Origin: an uncultured Gammaproteobacteria bacterium
Lineage (GTDB): Bacteria; Patescibacteriota; Patescibacteriia; S139-126
DNA length: 64,000 bases
NCBI GenBank assembly: GCA_964620905.1
Contig: CAZUKA010000001.1
Location: 647,646-711,645, forward strand
Reading direction: 5' to 3'
Translations under genes and position numbers: made by a program
Notes under the pieces: generated by a model
Seen by the model: the letters and a program-made list of their open reading frames with translations, nothing else
Database searches by the model: none
What the model was told of the DNA's origin: nothing
In this document: positions 1-10,739 of the stretch, one piece after another
Layout: each line of letters starts with the position of its first letter
Position numbering within the stretch: position 1 is the first letter of the stretch

Positions 1-587
1 TTTGCCCCCAGCTTTTCTACCCAAAATAAAGTTTCTTCTTGAAAGGAATAACCATTGCTCTTTATTTTAGCAAACTGAATTTCAGCTAGAATTTGCCGAC
101 GGTAACAGCGAAATCCAGCTGTCACATCTTTGGTTTTTAGTCCTAAAAATAAACGAGCAAAAGTCATGGCCCCCCAACTCATAAATTTCCGCCACCAGTT
201 CCAACCAACAATTCGCCCACCAGCAATACGTCTTGAACCAATGGCCAAATCTGCTCCAGTTTCCAACGCTTGCACCAGTTTTGGTATATCAGCAGGATCG
301 TGTGATAAGTCAGCATCGATTTCCATGATAAAATCAGCATTTTTATCAAGCGCTTTTCTAAAACCGGCTATATAAGCACTACCCAAACCCATTTTGCCCG
401 AACGATGTAAAACTTCGAGTTTGTATTTTTTACTTAAATCACCAGCTATTTTACCAGTATTATCAGGAGAATTATCATCAACTACCAAGACCTCAATATT
501 CAATGGCAATAAAAAAATTTTCTCTACCAGTTTGGGTAAATTTTCCGCTTCATTGTAAGTTGGAATGACAATATAAACAAGTGACAT
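1..587 (-). CDS. Glycosyltransferase family 2, Dpm1-like polyprenol-phosphate glycosyltransferase (start codon at 585-587, 3' end runs off window)
   Basis: Minus-strand translation begins MSLVYIVIPTYNEAENL...VVDDNSPDNTG...EIDADLSHDP, the canonical GT2/DPM1 N-terminus with DXD. The track ORF 130..375(+) is antisense inside it. Confidence 0.7.
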   Translation of the reverse strand, partial: MSLVYIVIPTYNEAENLPKLVEKIFLLPLNIEVLVVDDNSPDNTGKIAGDLSKKYKLEVLHRSGKMGLGSAYIAGFRKALDKNADFIMEIDADLSHDPADIPKLVQALETGADLAIGSRRIAGGRIVGWNWWRKFMSWGAMTFARLFLGLKTKDVTAGFRCYRRQILAEIQFAKIKSNGYSFQEETLFWVEKLGA

Positions 588-592
588 AAATT

Positions 593-2134
593 TTATTCTG
601 CTAAATGAATAAATGTTTCCTTGTCAATATCAACATAATCGCTCAAATCATTGGCATAAATCAGCCGATCTTCTAGTAAAGATAGATCTTGCCCTAAGTA
701 TTGATTTAGAATCAGACGAAAAGTATTGACCGGTGAGATAGAATCATAAAGACTGCTGTAATTTCCGTCATAAAAATAATAAGCATTTAATATAGAAAAT
801 CTTTCATACAAATATTCTGGTGTCAACTGGTCAGTAAGAAAAACATAAGACGAAGCCGGTCCATGATCAGATTGAACTATGATTATGCTGGGACGATTTA
901 TCTTTTCTTTAAGTTCGGTTAAAGTTTTTTTTGTTAAATCTGATATAAATAGTAGTTGATTGCCGTAATATTTTATATAATCTTGTTGCAGACTTTGGTT
1001 GTCTGAATAACTTTTAATAACCATCAGATTATATACAAATTCATTACTAAACATTTGACCGTTTTGATCAAAAACGAACGGTTCGTGGGGCGAGGTTATA
1101 TGGCTAATAACATATTTAGGGCGATCTGGGTTATGATCTGCTATTTTCGGCAAATTGGCAAATGAATATAGAACCCTTTTCCTTTGTGAATCAAAAATGC
1201 TGTAAAAAAGAGCTTTATTTGGAACAATAAAAAAAGGGGTCATATTAATAAACTGATGATGAAAATCATTTAAAACAAATTTGGGTGATAAATAATAATC
1301 GCTTTTTCTCATTTCCGTACCCGGATAGCCAGTTGCAAAACTATAAGTTTCATAACCGCAATCTTTTAAAAATTTCATTATTTTATTTTCTGATAAATTA
1401 CTTATCAAGACTGAATTATCACGCGGAGAAAAATTAAAATTTTTATGGTAATCCAAATTTAAGGTTGATGATAAAGATAATAATGTACGTGGGTAATTGG
1501 TATAACTATTACTAGCTATATAAAAATTATTATCTTTTAAAAATTGAATAAAATTAGAATTATCCAAATTATAAAATTTATTCAAAATATCTTCGCGACC
1601 ATAAGCGTCTAAAACCAAATAATATATATCTGGCTTTATTGTCTCTGATCGGCAAAGCTCAATATCTAAATTTACATTAAATAATTCTTCGCTTGCTCGA
1701 CTATTTTTATTTAATAACTGCCAACCATTGAAACCCAACAAGGTTACTACCATAATGATAGTAAAGACAGATAACTTAGCTAACCAAATTCCTCTAATAA
1801 AGACGATAACAATATAAAGTAAAGGAAAAAAAGCAAAAGAAGCTGGGATTATCAATTTATTTATTGGTGCGGGGAAAGAATATGACTTTACAAAAATAAA
1901 ATCATAGCAAAAAAAATACAAAATAAAAAAAACAGTGGTTATCATAGCTTGCTCTTGGTTGTCTAATACCGACCAACTGACTAGCCAGACCAAAATAAAT
2001 GTAAATATAATAATCAAAGCAACAATATAAATGTCACTAAACTGTAAATAGCCGTAATTATGATTATAAATAAAAACAATCGGAAAAGAAGCCGCAGCAA
2101 AAACTATTAATAAATTTTTGATAGTCTTAAACAT
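593..2134 (-). CDS. Membrane-anchored alkaline-phosphatase-superfamily (sulfatase/LtaS/EptA-like) protein
   Basis: About 170 aa of N-terminal TM helices, then a soluble domain with LVLDAYGRED and a C-terminal IIIVQSDHGP motif typical of sulfatase-fold transferases. Its stop lies 6 nt from the GT2 start, so they are an operon. Confidence 0.5.
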   Translation of the reverse strand: MFKTIKNLLIVFAAASFPIVFIYNHNYGYLQFSDIYIVALIIIFTFILVWLVSWSVLDNQEQAMITTVFFILYFFCYDFIFVKSYSFPAPINKLIIPASFAFFPLLYIVIVFIRGIWLAKLSVFTIIMVVTLLGFNGWQLLNKNSRASEELFNVNLDIELCRSETIKPDIYYLVLDAYGREDILNKFYNLDNSNFIQFLKDNNFYIASNSYTNYPRTLLSLSSTLNLDYHKNFNFSPRDNSVLISNLSENKIMKFLKDCGYETYSFATGYPGTEMRKSDYYLSPKFVLNDFHHQFINMTPFFIVPNKALFYSIFDSQRKRVLYSFANLPKIADHNPDRPKYVISHITSPHEPFVFDQNGQMFSNEFVYNLMVIKSYSDNQSLQQDYIKYYGNQLLFISDLTKKTLTELKEKINRPSIIIVQSDHGPASSYVFLTDQLTPEYLYERFSILNAYYFYDGNYSSLYDSISPVNTFRLILNQYLGQDLSLLEDRLIYANDLSDYVDIDKETFIHLAE

Positions 2135-3512
2135 TTTTTTTCAATAAATATAACACGCGCTGACTGGAAGTGATTGTTTGTTTGGTTTGAATGGTGAAAT
2201 ATTTAGTAAAATATTTCTCAAAATTCATTTGATCATAGTCGGCAAATATATCCTGCCGATTGGTTAATAGTAGTTGCACTTGGGAATCTTCTTTGGGTAC
2301 ATATTCAACTATCAACCAATTACCAAGGAACGAAAAAAATTCGGCGATCTTGATCCAAGGTAAGTTGTTGCCAATCCGCAGATGATGAATAAGCGCCAAT
2401 CCTAATGCCAAATCTGCCTTAGCGCGTTGCAACCATGACTGTCGTTCTGTGTGTAGCCATCCCAAAGCTGGACTGGGATTATATAAATCAATCAACAAGG
2501 GCAAGATATTGTCTATCTTTTGTTTTTTCACCTCTTGATATAAACGATCAATACTGGTCTGATCACTATCAAATACCACCGTCTGGCAACCCTGACTGGC
2601 TACCAGTTTAGCAAAAGTGCCATCATTACCTCCAATATCCCAAACAACTTTGGGTTTGGGATTTATTTGAGAAAATAAATCCAGCAACAATTCTTTTTTG
2701 GACGCAAAAGCCTGATCGTTGTAGTTAGTAAAAGTATAATAGTCACCCCAAATAGTCTTTTTGTCTGGGGCTGGTAAACTCAAAATTGCTGTCCGTAAAC
2801 TTTCCACCAATCGCAGTAAACTTTGTTGATTGGTAAATTTATTACCGGATTGATTGACCTTTACTTTGTTAAACTGGCCAATCTTTGCTTGCAGATGTAA
2901 ATGCAAAGCCAGGGACAATTTAAACTTGGCAGAAGTTGGCAATAACTTTGTGGCTAAATCCAGCGGTACTCCATCTAAATAATGTTGCCATAATGGCTGC
3001 ATACGAACATCAACTAGTGACAACAAGGCTAGCGGCGCCAAAAAGTGACGACAAAATTGCCCATAAGCGTCCCAAAGTGACCCTGGTTTGTAGATACCCA
3101 AAGACAAAGTATCTATCAATATCGGCGCGCCCTGGGAAAATTGAATATTGTACGCACTGGCATCCCGTAAAATAAAACCATTCTGCAAAGCCAGCTCTTG
3201 CACTTGCAGCGTCAGAAGCGCCGCGTCTTTGAGTTGAGAAAAACTCCATTCATAAGGATAAGAAATGGTTGAAACCAATTCGGGTTCAATCACTTTGTAT
3301 ATTTCTTCATCAACTAGACCAATTTCTACCTCTTGATGACTAACTAATAACTTAGCTTTTATCAATTTATTGTAGAAAGCTGATTTGGTTAATTGATCAT
3401 AATCAGTCTGAAAACTTTTTCTAATGACACGATAAAGCTTACCTGCTTGAAAAAAAACATAACCAGCATGGTCGCGAAAGGAAGCAGGGTGTTTTGAAAT
3501 TTGATCAATCAT
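2127..3512 (-). CDS. Class I SAM-dependent methyltransferase domain protein
   Basis: VVWDIGGNDGTFAKLVASQGCQTVVFD is a SAM-binding motif I. It overlaps the downstream gene by 8 nt. Confidence 0.6.
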   Translation of the reverse strand: MIDQISKHPASFRDHAGYVFFQAGKLYRVIRKSFQTDYDQLTKSAFYNKLIKAKLLVSHQEVEIGLVDEEIYKVIEPELVSTISYPYEWSFSQLKDAALLTLQVQELALQNGFILRDASAYNIQFSQGAPILIDTLSLGIYKPGSLWDAYGQFCRHFLAPLALLSLVDVRMQPLWQHYLDGVPLDLATKLLPTSAKFKLSLALHLHLQAKIGQFNKVKVNQSGNKFTNQQSLLRLVESLRTAILSLPAPDKKTIWGDYYTFTNYNDQAFASKKELLLDLFSQINPKPKVVWDIGGNDGTFAKLVASQGCQTVVFDSDQTSIDRLYQEVKKQKIDNILPLLIDLYNPSPALGWLHTERQSWLQRAKADLALGLALIHHLRIGNNLPWIKIAEFFSFLGNWLIVEYVPKEDSQVQLLLTNRQDIFADYDQMNFEKYFTKYFTIQTKQTITSSQRVLYLLKKNV

Positions 3513-3721
3513 GAATGATTATTCGATCGTATTTTGGCTAGTATAGTCTTTGGTAATTTTTTCAAACTGTAATAGATCTTTCGCCAAAAACTTTTCAGTA
3601 TATAGGCTGCGCCTAAAAGAAAAGCGATTAGAATCTGTGCAATATAACTGCCACCCCCCGGATCAATATAAGCTAAACTTGGTAAAGGTAAAAACAAAGC
3701 AACTAGGATTAAAAACCACAT
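3509..3721 (-). CDS. Small membrane protein (70 aa), hypothetical
   Basis: Hydrophobic N-terminus; ATGA overlap with the methyltransferase start; first gene of a four-gene envelope operon. Confidence 0.4.
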   Translation of the reverse strand: MWFLILVALFLPLPSLAYIDPGGGSYIAQILIAFLLGAAYILKSFWRKIYYSLKKLPKTILAKIRSNNHS

Positions 3722-3798
3722 AAATTTTATTTATTTTATATTCTAATTATAATCTTTTTGCCGGAATAAATCTAATTAAACTTGCGAGAAAATATATT

Positions 3799-3830
3799 TT
3801 AAAATACCATCCAGCTGGATGGTATTTTAA
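3799..3830. terminator. Perfect 14-bp-arm palindrome between hppA stop and the next minus-strand operon
   Basis: ttaaaataccatccagctggatggtattttaa immediately downstream of the hppA stop. Confidence 0.45.
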
Positions 3831-3839
3831 TTGTTGATT

Positions 3840-5801
3840 TTATAATAGCGGTGCAATCACGATCGCAATAATCGCCATCAATTTAATCAAAATATTAAGA
3901 CTTGGTCCGGAAGTATCTTTGAAAGGATCACCCACAGTATCACCCACTACCGCTGCTTTGTGTACAGCACTTCCTTTACCACCAAGGTTACCTGCTTCTA
4001 CATATTTTTTAGCATTATCCCAAGCGCCACCAGCGTTGGCCATAATAACTGCCAGTAAAAATCCAGTGACAGTTGAACCAACCAACATACCAGCCAACGA
4101 AGTCTTACCTAAAATCAAACCAACCAACAATGGCATAACTACTGCTAAAACCCCTGGAACAATCATATGTTTTAGAGCACTGGCAGTAGAAATAGCAACA
4201 CAGCGAGCATAATCTGGCTTAGCAGAACCATCCATAATGCCAGCGATTTCTTTAAACTGTCGCCTTACTTCGTTCACCATTTCTTGAGCAGAAGTACCTA
4301 CTGATTTCATGGTTAGAGCGGAAAATACAACTGGTAACAGTGCCCCAATAAACAGACCGATCAAAACTTTTGGATCCAAAACATCAACTACATTTAAACC
4401 AACCACATGTCCATAGGTAATCAACAACACCAAGGCAGTCAAAGCAGCACTACCAATAGCAAAACCTTTACCAATTGCTGCTGTGGTATTACCAACCGCA
4501 TCCAAATTTTCAGCACGCTCTCTGGTTTCATGACCCAACCCGGCCATTTCAGCAATACCGGCTGCATTATCAGCTACTGGTCCATAAGTGTCTGTCGCTA
4601 AAGTAATACCCAAAGTTGCCAACATGCCAACTGCGGCAATAGCTATACCGTAGATACCAGCTTGAAAATATGCTACCCAAATAGCCACACACACTGCTAA
4701 TACAGGAATAATAGTGGACATTAACCCCAAAGCAAAACCGGCAATAATATTTGTCGCTGGTCCAGTTTGAGAAGCTTCGGCAATGCCACGCGTAGGTTTG
4801 TTTTTTTCCGAAGTATAAAATTCAGTCGCCAGTCCAATAACAATTCCTGAAACCAAACCGGCAATAATTGACCAATAAACACCCACGCTGCCGACAGTAT
4901 ATTTGACCAAAAAAAATGAAAATACCGCAACTACCAAAGCTGCTGACCAGATTCCAGCATTTAAAATACCGTGTAGACTTCCAGATTTTCTCATTTTAAT
5001 CACCACGTTTCCAATCAAGGAGGCAATCACCCCTAAACCAGCAACCAATAAAGGTAAAATTGTAGCTTGATCGCCCAATAAATAAGTTGCTGCCGCCCCT
5101 AGAGCCATAGCTGCAATCAATGAATCGCTGTATGATTCAAACAAATCAGCTCCCATACCAGCCACGTCACCAACATTATCACCAACATTGTCAGCAATGG
5201 TAGCCGGATTTCTTGGATCATCTTCAGGAATACCAGCTTCAACCTTTCCGACTAAATCAGCGCCCACATCTGCCGCTTTGGTATAAATACCACCGCCCAC
5301 TCTGGCAAATAGCGCCACGGAAGAGGCACCAAAACCAAAACTATATATAACATTTGGATCTTTGATCAAAGCATATAAAATACCAATAGCCACCAATGAT
5401 AAACCTGTAACCGAAAGTCCCATAACTGACCCAGAAGAAAATGCTACTTTCAAACCAGCAAATAAACTGTGCCTGGCAGCTTCAGCGGTACGTGAATTTG
5501 CCAAAGTAGCAATGCGCATACCAATATTGCCAGCCAAAGCTGAAATAAAAGCACCCAAAACAAAGCACGCTGCTTGCACCCAACCTAGAACCGAAAAACC
5601 CATCAGTAGTGCCACCACAATTATAAAAATTAATAAAATCTTATATTCTTTTTTCAAAAAAGCCATTGCCCCCTCATGGATAAAACCGGCAATTTCTTTT
5701 ACTTTTTCATCCTCCACCTTTGTTTTTTTGATTTTGTAGGCTAGCCAACCGGCATAAACTAGACCGATTGCTCCAGCTACCACACCATACATATAATGCA
5801 T
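3840..5801 (-). CDS. hppA: Membrane-bound proton/sodium-translocating pyrophosphatase
   Basis: [22 protein letters not shown] signature, multi-TM protein, 653 aa. Confidence 0.9.
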   Translation of the reverse strand: MHYMYGVVAGAIGLVYAGWLAYKIKKTKVEDEKVKEIAGFIHEGAMAFLKKEYKILLIFIIVVALLMGFSVLGWVQAACFVLGAFISALAGNIGMRIATLANSRTAEAARHSLFAGLKVAFSSGSVMGLSVTGLSLVAIGILYALIKDPNVIYSFGFGASSVALFARVGGGIYTKAADVGADLVGKVEAGIPEDDPRNPATIADNVGDNVGDVAGMGADLFESYSDSLIAAMALGAAATYLLGDQATILPLLVAGLGVIASLIGNVVIKMRKSGSLHGILNAGIWSAALVVAVFSFFLVKYTVGSVGVYWSIIAGLVSGIVIGLATEFYTSEKNKPTRGIAEASQTGPATNIIAGFALGLMSTIIPVLAVCVAIWVAYFQAGIYGIAIAAVGMLATLGITLATDTYGPVADNAAGIAEMAGLGHETRERAENLDAVGNTTAAIGKGFAIGSAALTALVLLITYGHVVGLNVVDVLDPKVLIGLFIGALLPVVFSALTMKSVGTSAQEMVNEVRRQFKEIAGIMDGSAKPDYARCVAISTASALKHMIVPGVLAVVMPLLVGLILGKTSLAGMLVGSTVTGFLLAVIMANAGGAWDNAKKYVEAGNLGGKGSAVHKAAVVGDTVGDPFKDTSGPSLNILIKLMAIIAIVIAPLL

Positions 5802-5834
5802 AGAAATGATGGTTAATTATTATTTAATTATTAA

Positions 5835-7148
5835 TTAATCTTTTTTTATTTCCGATTCAGTGGTCACATTTATATTTTCGTTTTCTTCTTTCGCTGGTGA
5901 ATCTATGTTTGTTTCAGATGGTTCTGATGCTACTTGTTCGTCTAACTTGTCGGCAACTGACGTTTCAACCAGTTCACCTTTGTCTGAAGCAATATCAATT
6001 TTCCAACCAGTCAACTTCGCTGCCAGTCTAACATTCTGGCCAGACTTACCAATAGCCAAAGACAACTGATCCTCTTTGACCGTAGCTACGGCTTGATGTT
6101 CAGCTTCTTTTAACTCAACCGTCAACACTTGAGCGGGTGACAGAGCATTGCTAATAAATTGGCGTGAATCTTCACTCCATTCAATAATATCAATTTTTTC
6201 TCCGTTTAACTCATTGATCACTGTCTGTACCCTGGTACCACGTTGTCCCACACAAGAACCAATTGGGTCAATATTTTCCTGATGCGCCACAACAGCGATT
6301 TTTGCTCTAGCTCCGGCTTCTCGGGCTACAGCTTTTATCTCTACTGTCTCGGCCATAATTTCCGGTACTTCCAAAGCAAATAATTTTTTCAAAATTTCCG
6401 GATGCGCGCGCGAAGCAATTATCTCTGGGCCTTTATTGCCACGAGCAACTGAAGCTATATATATTTTCAATCTCATGCCTGGTCGATACTGTTCAGTAGG
6501 AATTTGCTCGTCGTAAGGCAAAATCGCAAAAGCTTTTCCCAAATCAATGAAAATATTCCTGCCCTCAATCCGCTGAATAGTGCCATTGACCAATTCGCCT
6601 TCTCGGTTTTTGTAATCATTGAAAATAGTATCACGTTCCACTTCACGCAATTTTTGAATAATCACCTGTTTGGCAGTCTGAGCAGCCACACGTCCATATT
6701 CAGCTGGTACTTCTAGCTCTTGGGTTAAGACATCACCAATTTCAGCTTTTTTATTTATTTTTTTAGCTTCCGAGAGCATGATATCAGTCTTGGGGTTGTA
6801 TTTTTTTATGTCTGATATTTCCATGGGGTCTGGTTCATCAAATGCTTCATTTTTACTTTCCGCCTCTTTTTTGCGCGCTAACCAATCTTCTTTTTGCAAC
6901 CGCAACTCTTCCCGTTGTTTTTCAAGTTCTTCTAGATCAATATCTTCTACCACGGTTTTTTCATCAAACACCCTAGCCCCGCCAGTCTCGGGATTAAATT
7001 GAACTTTGATGTTTTGTTCTTTGTTGCCAAAATCTTTACGAAAAGCGGCCGCCAGTGCTGCTTCAATGGTTTCTATCACCAATTCTTTTTTTAGACCTTT
7101 TTCATCACAAATCTGCTGAATCGCGGCCATAATGGGATTAGTACTCAT
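5835..7148 (-). CDS. nusA: Transcription termination/antitermination factor NusA
   Basis: NusA N-terminal domain, an S1 domain (GELVNGTIQRIEGRNIFIDLG), two KH domains (LAIGKSGQNVRLAAKLTGWKIDI) and an acidic C-tail. Confidence 0.85.
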   Translation of the reverse strand: MSTNPIMAAIQQICDEKGLKKELVIETIEAALAAAFRKDFGNKEQNIKVQFNPETGGARVFDEKTVVEDIDLEELEKQREELRLQKEDWLARKKEAESKNEAFDEPDPMEISDIKKYNPKTDIMLSEAKKINKKAEIGDVLTQELEVPAEYGRVAAQTAKQVIIQKLREVERDTIFNDYKNREGELVNGTIQRIEGRNIFIDLGKAFAILPYDEQIPTEQYRPGMRLKIYIASVARGNKGPEIIASRAHPEILKKLFALEVPEIMAETVEIKAVAREAGARAKIAVVAHQENIDPIGSCVGQRGTRVQTVINELNGEKIDIIEWSEDSRQFISNALSPAQVLTVELKEAEHQAVATVKEDQLSLAIGKSGQNVRLAAKLTGWKIDIASDKGELVETSVADKLDEQVASEPSETNIDSPAKEENENINVTTESEIKKD

Positions 7149-7301
7149 ATAATAAATTTTAGAATAAAAAAAACTAGTATAAATACTAGCTTGATTTTAT
7201 GTTATCTTAATCCAACCAACTTGTCAATCCTTGACTTTTATAGATTTTCATGCTATTTTATTAAATTCAATAAAGTTTTTTAACAATCAAACGAGGTCAA
7301 A

Positions 7302-7793
7302 TTGGAAACATGGGTAAAATATATTGCCAAAAAATTAGCCCCTAAACAAAATTTCAGATTTATTATCTGGCCAAATTCGATCAACTCCATAGTTGAAATG
7401 CCAACTAATGGTCAACCAACTATATATATTGGTACCAAAAATAAAAATAAAAAAATACTTATTGGAGAAATTGCACATGAAATTAGTGAGATTATATTAG
7501 GCACTGAAAGGCTTGATAAAAAAAAATATTATAAAATAATTTTATCTATCACTAAATCATACGAATTAACCAATAAGTGGTCTTATTTGTTTGCTCTGCT
7601 GACAGGGCTTATTTATAATAATGAAACTAGAGCCGATCAATTGGCTTTAAAAATTATAAAAAAATCAGGTATTAATCAAAATTATATATTTGATTATCTA
7701 GTTTGGCTCAATAAACAAAATCACAATTTTCTTGTGAAAAGAATGATTAAAAAGAGATTAAAAATTATAAAACGCCTGCTAAAAATAAATTGA
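7302..7793 (+). CDS. Hypothetical protein (163 aa), Lys-rich
   Basis: ORF followed by a terminator hairpin. The HEISE segment is not a true HEXXH. No recognisable family. Confidence 0.4.
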   Translation: METWVKYIAKKLAPKQNFRFIIWPNSINSIVEMPTNGQPTIYIGTKNKNKKILIGEIAHEISEIILGTERLDKKKYYKIILSITKSYELTNKWSYLFALLTGLIYNNETRADQLALKIIKKSGINQNYIFDYLVWLNKQNHNFLVKRMIKKRLKIIKRLLKIN

Positions 7794-7820
7794 TTAGCAG
7801 GCTTTTTTTATTGACAAAAA
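7784..7820 (+). terminator. Rho-independent terminator
   Basis: gcctgctaaaaataaattgattagcaggc followed by ttttttt. Confidence 0.6.
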
Positions 7821-7872
7821 TAAAAAAACATGCTACAATAATATAATAAGTATTAAGTTTTAATAAAAAATT

Positions 7873-8070
7873 ATGTTAGAAAAAATGTCAAAATTTTTTA
7901 GCCCTGATCAATCTGGTAGTGGTTCAAATACAGGTGGGGGGAAAAATGAAAAAGAAAACAATGAAAAACCATTGGGTTATATTGAAGGTAGTGGCGGTGC
8001 CTTAACACCTTATTATTCAGAAGAAGAAAGACTTAGATTGTTAGAGGAAATTAGAGATAATCAAGATTAA
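7873..8070 (+). CDS. Small Gly-rich hypothetical protein (65 aa)
   Basis: ORF with a GSGSNTGGG segment and an acidic C-terminus; terminator hairpin directly after. Confidence 0.35.
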   Translation: MLEKMSKFFSPDQSGSGSNTGGGKNEKENNEKPLGYIEGSGGALTPYYSEEERLRLLEEIRDNQD

Positions 8071-8087
8071 ATAGATTACATTAAAAT

Positions 8088-8107
8088 AAGCTCTCAATTG
8101 AGAGCTT
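8088..8107. terminator. Bidirectional terminator hairpin overlapping the valS stop
   Basis: aagctctcaattgagagctt flanked by T/A-rich runs on both strands. Confidence 0.5.
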
Positions 8108-10739
8108 ATTTTAATTTGTTTAGTTTTTCTTTAGCTGCTGCTAATTTTTCTCTTTCCTTGGTGATAATCTCAAGCGGGGCTTTTTGTAGAAAATCTTTGT
8201 TAATTAATTTCTTTTCTAAAGAAACTATATATTCTTTCAACGCCTGTATTGTTTGGCTATGATCAATTTCGGTTGTTTTATTTTCCATCACCACAGTAAA
8301 CTCTGATTCTATCTGTTTATTTTTTGTCTCAAGCAAATCAGCTTTTGACCATTCAATTTTCACACGGGCTAATTTTTGAATCAGCTCTTGCTGCCCTTGA
8401 AAGAACGACAAGTATTTTTCTGAATAAATCTTAACTGGTATAAATTCAGCAACCGGCAATAGGTATTCGTTTTTTGTAGATCTTAGATTGATAATCAATT
8501 TTTGTAAAACTGTAAATAATTTTATTTCTTTAGTTGTTTCGACTTTATCTGCTGGTGGCCAAGTTTGGACCATCAGCAATAATTTATCTTGCTTTGATAG
8601 ATTATAAACCTCTGTCCAAATCGCTTCGCTGACAAAAGGTACAAAGGGGTGAATCAAAATCAAAAGCTTTTGTAAAATAAAATTCAATATTTCTGATTTA
8701 TTATTTTCAATCTTGGCAATCTCCAAATACCAGTCCGCCAATTTCCCCCAAACAAAATCATACAACAATTCTACAGCTGCAGAAAATTTATAATTATCGA
8801 GCTCAGTTGTTACTTGTTTAACCAATTGATTAAACTCAGACAAAATCCAATCATCAGCCAAAGTTTTCCCCTGCGGTCTTAGGTCGGTCAATTGTGGGTT
8901 AGGCAAATTCATCAATATAAAACGGGAGATGTTCCAAAGTTTATTGACAAAATTTCTGTACCCAGCAATTTTTTCTTCATACAAACTAAGATCATTACCA
9001 GGAGTCACACCAATTACCATAGATAGACGCAAGGCATCAGCCCCAAATTTATCAATCATAGCCAAAGGGTCTATACCATTACCTAAAGATTTACTCATTT
9101 TTTTACCATGACGGTCGCGTACCAGCCCGTGCAAATAAACTTTTTTAAAGGGAATCTCACCGGTAGCATAAGTGGTCATAATAATCATTCGAGCCACCCA
9201 GAAAAACAAAATATCATAGCCGGTTTCCAAAACTTGGGTAGGATGAAAACGTTTAAAGTCTTTGGCCTTAGGCCAACCTAAAGTCGAAAATGTCCACAAG
9301 GCAGAAGAAAACCAAGTGTCCAATGTATCTTCATCTTGTACCCAGCCCTTTCCTGTTGGCGGTTTGCTGCCAACATAAATTTCTACTTCTTCATCTGCTT
9401 GTTTCTTATTTTTTGCCTTTGACTGTTGCTGTTTATACCAAACCGGAATCCGATGTCCCCACCAGATCTGCCGGGAGATGCACCAGTCCCGCAAATTTTC
9501 CATCCAATGAAAATAAACTTTATGGAAACGTTCAGGAATAATTTCAATTTTTTTATCAACTTGTCCATCAAGTCCAGCTCGCACCGCATCTAAAGACAAT
9601 TCTTTTAAGGATTTTTTCAGTCGAGGGATTTCTTTATTAACATCAATAAACCACTGCCGAGAAGGCAAAGGTTCGATGGGTGTTTCACAACGATAACAAA
9701 CTGACAAATTGTGAACATAATCTTCGTCAATATGATCAACCAAACCTTGTGCTGCCATTTTGGCTACAATTTTTTTTCGAGCTTGATAAGCATTGCGCCC
9801 GGCAAATTCTCCCGCTTCTTCAGTCAAGTTTCCCTGTTCATCAATTATTTTTACTACTGATAAGTCATATTTTTGAGCTAGTTCAAAATCCACAAAACTA
9901 TGTGCTGGAGTGATGGTCATGGCTCCGGTACCAAGTTGGGGATCAGCAATTTCATCAGCAATAACTTGAGCCTCAATTTCTCCTTCTATCCATGGCACCA
10001 TGAATTTTTTGCCTACCAAATCTCGATAACGAACATCATCAGGGTGAACAATAATTACTTTGTCAGCAAATTTGGTTTCTGGTCTGGCAGTACCAATTAC
10101 CACTGGACCGTATTTAAAATAATAAAAAGGACTTTTTTGCTCTTTGTACTCCACTTCATCATCAGCCAAAGTGGAATGACAACGGGGACACCAATTGACA
10201 ATCCTGTTTCCCCGATAAATCAAACCGTCGTTATACATCTGTTCGAATACTTGATAAACAGTCTGAGAAATATCAGGATCCAGAGTATATTTTTCTCTCG
10301 ACCAATCAAGCGATGATCCCATTTTTCTTATCTGATTGCGAATAGTATTCTTTGATGCTGTAACATATTCTCTTACTGTTTGTAAAAATTTTTCTTGTCC
10401 TAAATCTTCTTTATTTTTTCCTTGACTGGCTAATATTTTTTCTACCTTAGTCTGGGTGGCAATAGCCGCGTGATCTGTGCCAGGCAACCATAAAGCCTGC
10501 TCACCACGCAAACGATGATAACGAATCAATAAATCCTCATAAGCCAACATGGCCGCGTGTCCCAAATGCAACTCACCAGTCACATTGGGTGGTGGTAATA
10601 CAATTGTAAAAGTAGGTGCTGTCTGGGAAGTTAGGCCACTTGCAATACAAACATCAGGGTTGAAAAATCCACTCTTTTCCCAGCGCTGATAGATTTCATC
10701 TTCATAATTTTTAGCTTCATAAGCTTTGGGTATATCCAT
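8106..10739 (-). CDS. valS: Valyl-tRNA synthetase
   Basis: HIGH-type motif PPPNVTGELHLGHA, KMSKSLGN, editing and anticodon-binding regions, C-terminal coiled coil. The track ORF extends to 10781, but MDIPKAYEAK (ATG at 10737-10739) is the conserved N-terminus. Confidence 0.9.
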   Translation of the reverse strand: MDIPKAYEAKNYEDEIYQRWEKSGFFNPDVCIASGLTSQTAPTFTIVLPPPNVTGELHLGHAAMLAYEDLLIRYHRLRGEQALWLPGTDHAAIATQTKVEKILASQGKNKEDLGQEKFLQTVREYVTASKNTIRNQIRKMGSSLDWSREKYTLDPDISQTVYQVFEQMYNDGLIYRGNRIVNWCPRCHSTLADDEVEYKEQKSPFYYFKYGPVVIGTARPETKFADKVIIVHPDDVRYRDLVGKKFMVPWIEGEIEAQVIADEIADPQLGTGAMTITPAHSFVDFELAQKYDLSVVKIIDEQGNLTEEAGEFAGRNAYQARKKIVAKMAAQGLVDHIDEDYVHNLSVCYRCETPIEPLPSRQWFIDVNKEIPRLKKSLKELSLDAVRAGLDGQVDKKIEIIPERFHKVYFHWMENLRDWCISRQIWWGHRIPVWYKQQQSKAKNKKQADEEVEIYVGSKPPTGKGWVQDEDTLDTWFSSALWTFSTLGWPKAKDFKRFHPTQVLETGYDILFFWVARMIIMTTYATGEIPFKKVYLHGLVRDRHGKKMSKSLGNGIDPLAMIDKFGADALRLSMVIGVTPGNDLSLYEEKIAGYRNFVNKLWNISRFILMNLPNPQLTDLRPQGKTLADDWILSEFNQLVKQVTTELDNYKFSAAVELLYDFVWGKLADWYLEIAKIENNKSEILNFILQKLLILIHPFVPFVSEAIWTEVYNLSKQDKLLLMVQTWPPADKVETTKEIKLFTVLQKLIINLRSTKNEYLLPVAEFIPVKIYSEKYLSFFQGQQELIQKLARVKIEWSKADLLETKNKQIESEFTVVMENKTTEIDHSQTIQALKEYIVSLEKKLINKDFLQKAPLEIITKEREKLAAAKEKLNKLK

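Noticed and set aside
130-375. Track ORF antisense within the GT2 gene, and the many similar internal or antisense ORFs elsewhere (for example 2936..3175, 3919..4212, 5362..5739, 9900..10316, 12157..12396, 25162..25374, 29333..29575, 36908..37246, 58863..59258)
   Set aside because: They lie entirely inside well-supported conserved genes on the opposite strand or in another frame, and have low-complexity composition.
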